A DNA stretch of 64,000 nucleotides. It comes from Sulfurovum sp. UBA12169. GTDB lineage: Bacteria > Campylobacterota > Campylobacteria > Campylobacterales > Sulfurovaceae. The notes under the pieces are model-generated. The model was not told where the DNA came from. It made no database searches and saw nothing but the letters and a program-made list of their open reading frames with translations. Positions 37,883 to 49,297 of the stretch are shown in pieces. The DNA is taken from assembly GCA_002742845.1 (NCBI GenBank), contig DLUH01000002.1:56848-120847 (forward strand), in the 5' to 3' direction. The translations under genes and the position numbers were made by a program. How positions within the stretch are numbered: position 1 is the first letter of the stretch; every line of letters begins with the position of its first letter.

Positions 37883-38266
37883 ATGAGAATGAAAAATATC
37901 ACACTTTATACATTGTTGACTACATCTGTGCTGTTTTCTCAATCAGAAGCAGTACTCTTTGACACACATTGCGCAGATTGTCATGCTACCATACTGGGTG
38001 TAAATGAAGCCGGCGGCAAAGTTACAAATGTATATGGTGCGCCGTATGCCAAGGATGTGATTGATAAGTTAAAAGCCGAAACCAAAACAAAAGAGGCGTT
38101 TGTCGAATTTATCAAAGATTACATCAACGAACCCGATAAAAGAAAATCACTCTACGGAGAAAAAGCCATTAAAAAGTTTGGCCTTATGCCATCACTCAAG
38201 GGTGTCATGACAGAGAGCGAGGTAAACGAATTAGCCGAGTATCTTTACCATAAGTATGACCAATAA
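37883..38266 (+). CDS. Periplasmic monohaem class I cytochrome c
   Basis: Signal peptide, CADCH haem motif and distal Met in GLMP. Extended -10 TGTTATAAT upstream. Start could be 37874, 37883 or 37889. Confidence 0.88.
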   Translation: MRMKNITLYTLLTTSVLFSQSEAVLFDTHCADCHATILGVNEAGGKVTNVYGAPYAKDVIDKLKAETKTKEAFVEFIKDYINEPDKRKSLYGEKAIKKFGLMPSLKGVMTESEVNELAEYLYHKYDQ

Positions 38267-38509
38267 ATTTATGTTTATTTATTCCCTTTTAAACATACTT
38301 ATCGTCTAACAGCAGGCATACTTTCTACTTATGTACCTACTTTTCAAAGGGAAGTTGTTATATTTATTATGATTTAACATTGTTTGCATTGAGAAGAGAG
38401 GTGCGCAGTGCTTGAGGTAGCAAATATTTTTTAGGCGGTGAAAATGGTATTAAAAATTTTTGGTATCTTACGTATTGGACTTTGTGAGATTTTTTGAAGT
38501 TTTAAGTTA

Positions 38510-38587
38510 TGGTCGGAGTGACAGGACTTGAACCTGCGACCTCTATCACCCCAAGATAGCACGCTAGCCAGACTGCGCCACACCCCG
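38510..38587 (-). tRNA. tRNA-Pro(GGG) with encoded CCA
   Basis: Acceptor stem CGGGGTG/CACTCCG, anticodon arm CTATC-TTGGGGT-GATAG, T arm GCAGG-TTCAAGT-CCTGT, 3' ACCA. Confidence 0.97.
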
Positions 38588-38684
38588 ATTTTGAAATGTA
38601 ATTTTAAACAACAATTGCTAAAAAACAGATAAATATCACAGAGATGTACTTAAAATTTACCATTTTAAGTACATCTGAAAATAT

Positions 38685-39200
38685 TTAATTGCAGCCGCAT
38701 CCGCCATGGGTACTGCAACAGCCGCTTTCAGCACCCCCAACTTGACCGGAAGCCGCCTCTTCAGTAGTTGCCTCTCTCTCATCAAGAACAGTCACAGCAA
38801 ACATAAGATCTTTTCCGGCCAACGGATGATTGAAATCAATACTGACCTCATTGTCATCAAAAGCAGTTACTGTTACCTGTATAGTCTGTCCGTGCTCTCC
38901 CTGACCATAAAGCGTCATACCCACTCTAAGATCTACGCCTTCAAATTGTTCAACAGGAAGCGTCTGTTTTGCTTCCGGATCAATTTCTCCATAAGCATCG
39001 GCTGCTTTTACCAACATGTCTCCACTCTGACCTTTTTCCATCCCCACAAGAGCATTCTCAAGTCCAGGGATAATGTGACCTTTACCTGTAATAAACTCCA
39101 AAGGATGACCACCTTTATTGCTGTCTACAATTTCAGAAGAACCTGCTTCTTTTACTTCATACTCGATAGCTACAACACTATTTTCGTTTTGAATTGCCAT
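38685..39200 (-). CDS. slyD: FKBP-type peptidyl-prolyl isomerase
   Basis: PLEFITGKGHIIPGLE, DAYGE, DFNHPLAGKDL and a Cys/His tail. Confidence 0.95.
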   Translation of the reverse strand: MAIQNENSVVAIEYEVKEAGSSEIVDSNKGGHPLEFITGKGHIIPGLENALVGMEKGQSGDMLVKAADAYGEIDPEAKQTLPVEQFEGVDLRVGMTLYGQGEHGQTIQVTVTAFDDNEVSIDFNHPLAGKDLMFAVTVLDEREATTEEAASGQVGGAESGCCSTHGGCGCN

Positions 39201-39262
39201 GCTGACTCCATATTTTTGAATTTCTGCTATTGTAGCTAAGGAAACTTTAGTCAGCCTTAGCT

Positions 39263-40495
39263 TTATCTAATTTGTCCCGATCCGTATATTTTATATTTAT
39301 AGGTGGTAAGCCCTTCAATCCCCATAGGCCCTCTTGCATGAAGCTTATTGGTGCTAATCCCTACTTCCGCACCAAAACCGAATGCACCTCCGTCAGTAAA
39401 TCTTGTAGAAGCATTTACATAAACAGCGGCTGCGTCAACGCTGTTAAGGAAAGTTTCTGCCGTAGTAATATTTTCTGTGATGATTGCCTCGGAGTGCCCA
39501 GAACCAAAACGCACGATATGTTCTATGGCACCTTCTACACCCTCTACTACCCTAATGTTTAATATATTAGCCAAATATTCTGTATCAAAATCTTCTTCGC
39601 TTGCAGGAGCAACAGTAATTAATTTTTGCGTCTCTTTGCATCCTTTAAGTACGGTATGCGCATTATCAAAAGCGATTTTCAAAAGAGGCAAAGCCTCTTT
39701 TGCAATACTCTTGTCTACCAAAAGTGTTTCCATTGCATTGCATACCCCGGGTCTTTGCACTTTGGCATTAAGCGCTATTGCAATTGCATTAGAAAGGTTT
39801 GCACTTTTGTCAATGTATGTATGGCATTGTCCCTTATCGTGTTTCACTACGGGGACAGAAGCATTTTCACTCACATACTTTATAAGTCCTGCTCCTCCGC
39901 GGGGAATAATCAAGTCAACATATTGATCCATTTTGATAAGCTTTGCCACGCTCTCCCTTGAAGAGTCCGGCACCAAGGATATCAAAGAGGAAGGGAGGTT
40001 GTTTTGAATCAAAACATTTTTAAGTATGTCAGCTATAGCTTTATTTGAATTTTCAGCCTCCTTGCCGCCTTTTAGCACGCAGGCGTTAGCGCTCTTAAAA
40101 CATAATGCTGCTGTATCGCTTGTTACATTTGGACGGGACTCGTAGATGATGCCTATCACGCCGATGGGAATGGACACTTTTTCTATTTTTAATCCATCTT
40201 CAGTCACCCAGCCGTCCAATACCCTTCCGACAGGCTCTTTAAGTGCCGCTATTTCCTCTATCGCCACTGCCATTCCTTCGATTCGTTTTTCATCCAGATA
40301 AAGCCGGTCCATCAAAGCCGATGACAGATTGTTCTTTTCTCCATTTAGTATATCCAATGCATTTGCTTCCAGCAGTGTTTTACTGTTTACTCTCAATGCT
40401 TCTGCCATCTCTTTGAGAATACGATTTTTTTGAGACCCTCTTAAAGCAGCCAATACCCTGCTTCCCTCTTTTGCTTTTGCCAAAAATGCTTCCAT
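39263..40495 (-). CDS. proA: Gamma-glutamyl phosphate reductase
   Basis: GIIYESRPNVT, LKGGKEA, CNAMETLL, NASTRFTDG and LHARGPMG. Confidence 0.97.
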   Translation of the reverse strand: MEAFLAKAKEGSRVLAALRGSQKNRILKEMAEALRVNSKTLLEANALDILNGEKNNLSSALMDRLYLDEKRIEGMAVAIEEIAALKEPVGRVLDGWVTEDGLKIEKVSIPIGVIGIIYESRPNVTSDTAALCFKSANACVLKGGKEAENSNKAIADILKNVLIQNNLPSSLISLVPDSSRESVAKLIKMDQYVDLIIPRGGAGLIKYVSENASVPVVKHDKGQCHTYIDKSANLSNAIAIALNAKVQRPGVCNAMETLLVDKSIAKEALPLLKIAFDNAHTVLKGCKETQKLITVAPASEEDFDTEYLANILNIRVVEGVEGAIEHIVRFGSGHSEAIITENITTAETFLNSVDAAAVYVNASTRFTDGGAFGFGAEVGISTNKLHARGPMGIEGLTTYKYKIYGSGQIR

Positions 40496-40666
40496 TTGAT
40501 ACCTCTGTTTGTTAACTGTTGTTTTTATTTTAACAAACTAATGGTTAATCAATGATATTTGAACCATATTTGTTGTCCATGATGCAATGGACACTGTGTT
40601 AGGATCCATTTTTTATTTCCAGGCAATCATGATATAATCATACCATTAAGAAAAAACAGGAAAGAA

Positions 40667-41428
40667 ATGAAGCAGACAATTACATTTATCGGCAATGGCG
40701 AGATGGGATTAAGTATCGCAAAAGGTCTTAAAGAAAAATACCATATAGAGGTTGCAGGAAGAAATATGCACAAACTTGATGCGTTTGAATCAGCCCTTGG
40801 TGTCAAAATAGATAAATATCTTATAGACGATTTCAATATTTCGGGGAAAACAGTTCTTCTATGCATAAAGCCTGCAAACGTAGAAGAGGTTTCTGCTAAA
40901 CTCAAAGGAAAATCAAGGGTCCTTTATTCTGTATTGGCCGGTACATCCATAGAAAAACTTAAAACACACTTTGAAACCGATGCTATTGTAAGATGTATGC
41001 CAAATCTTGCAGCCAGTATTGGCTATTCAATGACCACACTTACGGGCACGATCTCCTTTCAAGAAGAAGCTAAAATTCTACTTGGAAGCATTGGTTTCAC
41101 ATTGTGGCTTGAGAGTGAAAAAGAATTAGATATCGCGACTGCCTTGGCAGGCTCAGGGCCTGCATATCTTGCTCTTATTGCAGAAGCTCTGAGTGACGGA
41201 GCAGTCAAGCAAGGAATGAAACGAACCGATGCAATGGAAGTGATGAGAGGGCTGTTTGGGGGGTTTGGAAAACTCATACAAGACATTCATCCCGCATTGC
41301 TTAAAGATGGAGTTATGAGTCCCGGCGGGACCACTGCAGCTGGCTACAGTGCCTTAGAAGAAGGAAATGTCAGGTCTTCATGCATCAATGCCATAGAAAA
41401 AGCCTACAACAAAGCAAAGGAATTATGA
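40667..41428 (+). CDS. proC: Pyrroline-5-carboxylate reductase
   Basis: FIGNGEMG, VRCMPN, ALAGSGPAY and VMSPGGTT. Extended -10 TGATATAAT upstream. Confidence 0.96.
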   Translation: MKQTITFIGNGEMGLSIAKGLKEKYHIEVAGRNMHKLDAFESALGVKIDKYLIDDFNISGKTVLLCIKPANVEEVSAKLKGKSRVLYSVLAGTSIEKLKTHFETDAIVRCMPNLAASIGYSMTTLTGTISFQEEAKILLGSIGFTLWLESEKELDIATALAGSGPAYLALIAEALSDGAVKQGMKRTDAMEVMRGLFGGFGKLIQDIHPALLKDGVMSPGGTTAAGYSALEEGNVRSSCINAIEKAYNKAKEL

Positions 41429-41440
41429 AAATTTCATTCA

Positions 41441-42010
41441 TCACTTCAGATAAATTTTACGCAAATCCTCTTGGGCATAAGGCATATAGGAATGTCTGGT
41501 AACGACTATTCTCATTCCTATGCGTGCCCATTTAAAAATGACAGGGATATCTTTTTTATCGACATGAATACACCCATGAGACATCCAATCCACGCTGCCT
41601 TGGTGCAGCGCATGACCTCTTTGGGTGAACTTAATCATATAATCCATATTGTTTATGCCGCTAGGATCAGGAAAAGCTGTAGACATGTGATAACGACGCT
41701 TTTGGATAACAGAAAAAACACCCGAAGGACTTGCAAACTCAGGCACACCGGAAGTCACAGGTCCGCTCCACCAAACCGTGCCGTCTCTGTCAACAGCATA
41801 AAATCTTCCGTCGCTTCCTTTTTCTCTCACAGAAACCAGAATAAAATCTTTTCCGGTTAGATCTATTTTTTCTCTTTTTTTGTGATGAATTATTAAAAAT
41901 TCCGTTTTAGAAAGAGGGATGGTCTCAGAACCTTTTACTTTAGGCTGATCTGGCCAAACGAAAGAAGGAGACAGCATGGCTAAAATAAAAAATGTTTTTA
42001 GCCAAAACAT
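41441..42010 (-). CDS. L,D-transpeptidase (YkuD) family protein
   Basis: Signal-like N-terminus, SPSGVFSV, and HQGSVDWMSHGCIH catalytic motif. Confidence 0.88.
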   Translation of the reverse strand: MFWLKTFFILAMLSPSFVWPDQPKVKGSETIPLSKTEFLIIHHKKREKIDLTGKDFILVSVREKGSDGRFYAVDRDGTVWWSGPVTSGVPEFASPSGVFSVIQKRRYHMSTAFPDPSGINNMDYMIKFTQRGHALHQGSVDWMSHGCIHVDKKDIPVIFKWARIGMRIVVTRHSYMPYAQEDLRKIYLK

Positions 42011-42846
42011 TATAGGCCTTTCAGCCTTTGTTTTGCAATCTCTGCAGTTTTTTTACCTGAATAATTTGCTATGATATTTTCATAAAATGCTTTTGCCTGT
42101 GCTTTATCGCCAATATTTTCCAATGATATGCCCGTATGCAGCAACAGTGTATCAATATAACCCGCCTGATCATAAAGACCGGCACTTTTTTTATAGTGGA
42201 AAATTGCATCCTCATACTGTTTTGTGTAATAAGCAATTTCCCCTAGATAATAGTTAGATGCGGCACTCTTGTATCCCTTTTTGTCGGTGATGGCAAATCT
42301 TTTTTTTGCTTCATCATAACGAGAGTTACCAAACAGTCTGACTCCCTCACTGTAAAGATTGGCAGCCGGCTGATTCTCTAAATTTTCCAAAGAAGATGAA
42401 GGTTCTACAGTCTGATTGGACTGAAAAGAAGAAGGTTGAATATTTTGGCCCTTTCCCAGTGCTTTTTGAAGTTCTTCTTTGCTGACATAAGTTGCGTTGA
42501 TCTTATCAATCATATTGGCAAGATCTTTGAGCAACCCTTCATTGTTAGCGGATGCTCCCATTGGCATTTGACCGCTCGCACCGCCTTCTCTTAGCTCGTT
42601 GAGTGAAGCACTTAAGCCTTCTATAATAGATATTAAACCATCAATTCTTTCATTCTGTCTTGCTACTTCTTGCTTTAGTTCCGCAATAGCTTTTCTATTT
42701 TCAAAGACGACTCTTTCACCTGATGTTAAGCTATCGTCCATTCCATTGCCGGAATCTCCAAAACCATATACTGACGGTTCAGCCGTCAGTATTGCTGAAC
42801 CAAGCAGCAAAACCATAACAAAATGCTTGAAAGTCACTTTTTTCAT
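42010..42846 (-). CDS. cpoB: Tol-Pal-associated TPR protein CpoB/YbgF
   Basis: Signal peptide, coiled coil and C-terminal TPRs. Follows pal. Confidence 0.85.
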   Translation of the reverse strand: MKKVTFKHFVMVLLLGSAILTAEPSVYGFGDSGNGMDDSLTSGERVVFENRKAIAELKQEVARQNERIDGLISIIEGLSASLNELREGGASGQMPMGASANNEGLLKDLANMIDKINATYVSKEELQKALGKGQNIQPSSFQSNQTVEPSSSLENLENQPAANLYSEGVRLFGNSRYDEAKKRFAITDKKGYKSAASNYYLGEIAYYTKQYEDAIFHYKKSAGLYDQAGYIDTLLLHTGISLENIGDKAQAKAFYENIIANYSGKKTAEIAKQRLKGL

Positions 42847-42853
42847 GTCTGTC

Positions 42854-43381
42854 CTAGTTTGCTAAACGAATATCAACTCTTCTGTTTCTTTCATAGCATT
42901 CATCTGTAGGCTCATTACACACAGGGTTGCTTTCACCGAAACTAACAATAACCATTTTGCTTGTGCTTACGCCTTGCGCAGCAATAGAATCTCTCACCGC
43001 ATTAGCTCTTTTTAGGCCTAGTGCATAATTGTACTCATCCGTACCAAATTCGTCACAGTTTCCTTCGATTTTAACCTGCGATCCTCTGGCATTATTTGCT
43101 ACATTTGCATTGGTGCTTATACGTTCTTGCATTGAAGAAGAAATACCATAGTCTCCAAATCCAAAATAAATACTTTGGAAACCATCGCTGCTGCTGTTGT
43201 AATTACTTCCGGCGCCAGCTTCATTTCCATACTTGTTTTCGTCGATTGATACAGTATCATCTCCAAATTGTGTAGCATCAGATACATTGTTTTTTCCAGC
43301 CAAATCAGGAGCCGTTTGGCTACATCCTGTAAAAACTAGCACAGAAATTGCTGCTGTTGTCATTATAAATTTTTGAATCAT
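42854..43381 (-). CDS. pal: Peptidoglycan-associated lipoprotein
   Basis: Lipobox VFTG-C, IEGNCDEFGTDEYNYALGLKRA and RNRRVD. Confidence 0.95.
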   Translation of the reverse strand: MIQKFIMTTAAISVLVFTGCSQTAPDLAGKNNVSDATQFGDDTVSIDENKYGNEAGAGSNYNSSSDGFQSIYFGFGDYGISSSMQERISTNANVANNARGSQVKIEGNCDEFGTDEYNYALGLKRANAVRDSIAAQGVSTSKMVIVSFGESNPVCNEPTDECYERNRRVDIRLAN

Positions 43382-43406
43382 TTTTTTATCCTTTTTTTTA
43401 AATTCA

Positions 43407-44660
43407 TTACCAATCTATCGATTGCATTTTACTTCCGGAAATTGGGAAAAGTAAACTTTGATGGCTTTCAAGATTGATATAACCAACTGAAGAGCCACGG
43501 CCGCTATGCTTAATAAATAAAATCACGCTTCCATCTGCAGAAAATCTCGGAAACTGATTGGCTCCCGTGGTAGTTAATGGACGAGTACCGGATCCTAAAG
43601 AAGAAGTTAAATAAAGATTGAAAGTGTTTTTTCCAAAAGTATTTTGACTTTCTCTGCTAGAATAGACGATTTGATTCCCATGGGCATCACATGCATTATT
43701 ATTGCGCCCATGATAAACTATTTGCGAAACAGCTGCACCATGCAACGATTGTTTAAAAATATTTGCATATCCTAATCTATTGGAAACAAAGACAATATTG
43801 CTTTCGTCGTCTACATATTTTCCATTTACATCAATCCCATTAAAATTTGTTATTTTTGATTTTGATTTTGATCCAACATTAAATTCAAAAATATCTGCCT
43901 GTCCCTCCGGAGCCATGGTCAACAAGAGCCTGCTGCCATCTCTGCTGACATCAGAACAAACCAACATTCCCTCAGATGAAACGATTTTCTGTCTTTCTCC
44001 GCTATAAATATTGATTTTATAAAGAGTTGGAATCAAACCGGCATATGAGGTATAATAAAAGCTCTTTTGCTCGACATCTGCCCATTTAGGAAAAAGATTG
44101 AGCCCCCCCCTGATAATGACTTTCTGATAGTTAAAGGTATAATCAGCCAACAATATTTCACTGCGTCCCGGTGTTGTATAGCGAGAAAAAACTACATAAC
44201 GATTTATCCAAGAGATATCGGGATAATTTAATGCACTATTGATATCACTGATAGCTTTATGTCCTAAAAAAGGTAATTTTTCAACAGCAGGTATGGCGTA
44301 ACTTTTTTTAAAGAGCTCTGAACCATCAGAAGCTTTCAACAGGCGCACCATAAGCTTCACTCCATTCTCTGAAGAGAGTGCATACTTCAATACATACTCT
44401 TTACTCTTTAGTGCAGGAGAGATAAAATTTGAAGCGAAGTCATCTTGGTTGTGGATTGTGTCTGCCAAAAAATGACCGGATATTTTAAGATCCGAAAGTA
44501 AAAGATTGAAAAATTTTTCATTGGGAACAGAAGAACCATCAACCAACGCAATACGAGAACGCTGCTCTACGTCTTTTTGTACTTTTAGGGTAGCATCAAC
44601 CCCAAATAGTGTTGTCGCAAAAACATGCAACACAAGCAATAAAGTTAAAAAATATTTCAA
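43407..44660 (-). CDS. tolB: Tol-Pal protein TolB
   Basis: Signal peptide and beta-propeller repeats (FPKW, FPRFSADG). Precedes pal. Confidence 0.92.
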   Translation of the reverse strand: MKYFLTLLLVLHVFATTLFGVDATLKVQKDVEQRSRIALVDGSSVPNEKFFNLLLSDLKISGHFLADTIHNQDDFASNFISPALKSKEYVLKYALSSENGVKLMVRLLKASDGSELFKKSYAIPAVEKLPFLGHKAISDINSALNYPDISWINRYVVFSRYTTPGRSEILLADYTFNYQKVIIRGGLNLFPKWADVEQKSFYYTSYAGLIPTLYKINIYSGERQKIVSSEGMLVCSDVSRDGSRLLLTMAPEGQADIFEFNVGSKSKSKITNFNGIDVNGKYVDDESNIVFVSNRLGYANIFKQSLHGAAVSQIVYHGRNNNACDAHGNQIVYSSRESQNTFGKNTFNLYLTSSLGSGTRPLTTTGANQFPRFSADGSVILFIKHSGRGSSVGYINLESHQSLLFPISGSKMQSIDW

Positions 44661-44738
44661 ACAAAATCCTTCTAATTTTCTATTGTATTGCGTATTGTAT
44701 CAGTCATGTGTTGAAATGTTCATTAATTCAAATTCTCT

Positions 44739-45614
44739 TTATTCGTTTGCTTCAAATTCAACATCTAATTCATAAGGCCTGCCGCCCTGATGCGGACCAA
44801 AACCTATCTTTTGCAATTGCGTCAAATACGCTTCTAGCCCTTCGTTAAAGCCGGGAGCCGAAGACCCTGTTATTATTCTAAATTGAAAGGACCCATCTAC
44901 TTGCACCTTAAACCAAACTTTAGCTTTCTCTCCGGCAAATTCACTTTGTGCAGGCCATCCTTGAAGTATTTTTTCGACTTTTGCAAAATAAGCATTTTCC
45001 ACTCCGCTGTCGCTGTTTTTTTGTATTTTTAACGAATTGGATACAAGATCGCTTGCACTTGGCTTATCTGAAACCTTAATCATATTATTGACAGGTTTAC
45101 TTTCAGCCGGTGTTTCGCTTGGCTTAACAATATCTTTCTTTTCAGGCGTATTGACTTTGGCAAAAAGATCGCTTGTCTTAACAACTTTTGGCGGCTGCTT
45201 CTTTTCTTCTGGCTTTTGCACCGGTTTTTCAACTGCCTTTGGAATAACTTTTTCCCTAGGAAGAGGTTTTTCAGCTGGCACAGGCTTTGGCGTTGGTTTT
45301 GGCGTTGGTTTTGGTATAGGCTTTGGCGCTGGTTTTACTGCAGGCTCGGGAATCGGTTTGGGTTCTGGCTTTTTGATAGGTTTGGGTTGCGGCTTGGGCG
45401 CTGGTTTTGAGTGAGGTGCAGCTTTTGACTCAGATTTTGTTTTTTGTATGGGAGAACTGATTGAAACCTGAATTCGATGTTCATTTTTTTCAACAAAATG
45501 GATGCTTTTTTTTGCATTATGCACATTGAAATAATACAATAGCACGCCAAGCAATGCAAAATAAATACCAAATGCCAGGGCACCTGAGACAAGTTTTGAA
45601 TTTTTTTCCATCAT
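44739..45614 (-). CDS. tolA: TolA/TonB-like protein
   Basis: N-terminal TM, Pro/Lys-rich linker and TonB_2-like C-terminus. tolA is assigned from operon context. Confidence 0.8.
   Translation of the reverse strand: MMEKNSKLVSGALAFGIYFALLGVLLYYFNVHNAKKSIHFVEKNEHRIQVSISSPIQKTKSESKAAPHSKPAPKPQPKPIKKPEPKPIPEPAVKPAPKPIPKPTPKPTPKPVPAEKPLPREKVIPKAVEKPVQKPEEKKQPPKVVKTSDLFAKVNTPEKKDIVKPSETPAESKPVNNMIKVSDKPSASDLVSNSLKIQKNSDSGVENAYFAKVEKILQGWPAQSEFAGEKAKVWFKVQVDGSFQFRIITGSSAPGFNEGLEAYLTQLQKIGFGPHQGGRPYELDVEFEANE
45283..45410 (-). repeat. Degenerate 12-bp tandem repeats encoding KPxP
   Basis: KPAPKPQPKPIKKPEPKPIPEP...KPAPKPIPKPTPKPTPKP. The DNA carries repeated GGCGTTGGTTTT units. Confidence 0.85.
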
Positions 45615-45997
45615 TGGGTAATAAGAGATGCCTTTTCAAAACCGGCAGCTTTAACACTTTTAAGAATATACATAACGCTTTTATACTGCAACTCTTCATC
45701 TGCACGTATATACACTTCACTGTTTTTATCGTATTTCACCGAAGCATTGACAAAATCGTCAGCGAAAGTCTCTACAGTATAAACATCATTATTGAGATAA
45801 ATTTTTTCATTTTTATCCATACGAATCGTTAGTGTTTTAGGTTTTTCAACCTGAACCGACTTGGAGCCCTGCGGCAAGGTAATTTGTTCCTGAAATGTGA
45901 CAGTTGGTGCCGTAACCATAAGAATAGCCATGAGTACCAGCATCACATCCACTAGCGGTGTGATGTTTAAGTCCGGATTATCATCCCAGGTAAACAT
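45611..45997 (-). CDS. tolR: ExbD/TolR family protein
   Basis: LNITPLVDVMLVL and YIRADE. Confidence 0.9.
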   Translation of the reverse strand: MFTWDDNPDLNITPLVDVMLVLMAILMVTAPTVTFQEQITLPQGSKSVQVEKPKTLTIRMDKNEKIYLNNDVYTVETFADDFVNASVKYDKNSEVYIRADEELQYKSVMYILKSVKAAGFEKASLITQ

Positions 45998-45999
45998 AC

Positions 46000-46593
46000 T
46001 TATGCCTCATTTATTTGAGAGAGTATAACTTCTGATTGAGAACTCAACAATGAACTCAATTCATAAGCCTTGCGTTTCAAAATCAAATGAAAAGTATAAG
46101 CAAAAGTAGCAACTGCTATACCTGCTGCAGTCGCGATTAGCGCTTCGGAAATTGCAGGAGCAACAACACTTAAAGAGGCGCTAGACTGTCCTCCAAGCTT
46201 CGTAAAAGTTTCAAGTATGCCTATGACAGTGCCAAAAAGACCAATAAACGGAGAAGTGGAAGCAATAATAGACAGCCACGTCAATCCTTTAGTGGAGACA
46301 CGAATTGCATCTGATGACGCAGCTTCAAGTATAGCTTTATTGGGTGCATTGACACGTGCGAGATAGGTATAAAGAAGCGACGTATGCTGTACATTTTTCG
46401 ATTGTCCCGTATAGAGCGCTTTAAGCGATTTTCCTTCTGACACAATACGTGTATTCAGAATATACAATCGATCAAAAAATATCCAAAATGTTGTAATAAA
46501 ATAGCCCGACAGCAACACCATCACAAAGATAGTTATTGCGCTGCTGCTTATGAAATAATCAAGAAAAGAGTTCAAATTAAAAAGACTTTCCAA
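46000..46593 (-). CDS. tolQ: ExbB/TolQ/MotA family proton channel
   Basis: SPFIGLFGTVIGI and AISEALIATAAG. Confidence 0.9.
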   Translation of the reverse strand: MESLFNLNSFLDYFISSSAITIFVMVLLSGYFITTFWIFFDRLYILNTRIVSEGKSLKALYTGQSKNVQHTSLLYTYLARVNAPNKAILEAASSDAIRVSTKGLTWLSIIASTSPFIGLFGTVIGILETFTKLGGQSSASLSVVAPAISEALIATAAGIAVATFAYTFHLILKRKAYELSSLLSSQSEVILSQINEA

Positions 46594-46963
46594 TACGTTC
46601 TATTCTGCTAACCGCAGATGCGATAGCAGTATTTGAGGCTTCTGTACTCTTCAGTAAGGCTTTTGCCTTCTCTAGTGCCAAAGCAAGATCACTATCCTCA
46701 CCCGAAATTGCAACTGCACCATCAACAATACAAGTCGTTTTTTCTTCATCGACTTTAACATACCCAGAATTAATAGCCACGGCCACTTCTGAATTGTCTG
46801 CTTGATCAATCACAATCACACCTGTATCAAGCAACGACACCAAGGTAGCATGCTCTGGCAATACGCCAAATTCACCTTCGCTACCGGGCAACGTTACCTG
46901 TTTTACTTCAGCGTCAAAAATTACACCATCGGGTGTAACTATTTCTAGCTTCAAAAGTTTCAT
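46577..46963 (-). CDS. atpC: ATP synthase epsilon subunit
   Basis: LEIVTPDG and GEFGVLPEH. Confidence 0.97.
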   Translation of the reverse strand: MKLLKLEIVTPDGVIFDAEVKQVTLPGSEGEFGVLPEHATLVSLLDTGVIVIDQADNSEVAVAINSGYVKVDEEKTTCIVDGAVAISGEDSDLALALEKAKALLKSTEASNTAIASAVSRIERIGKSF

Positions 46964-46978
46964 AGTTATCCTTTAAGA

Positions 46979-49284
<2,306 letters not shown>

Positions 49285-49297
49285 TTTTTAGCCCTTC

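Noticed and set aside
37642-38587. Integrative element at tRNA-Pro
   Set aside because: No integrase and no duplicated tRNA 3' end were found.
45283-45410. CRISPR-like or mobile repeat
   Set aside because: The units are in-frame KPxP codon repeats with no spacers and no cas genes.
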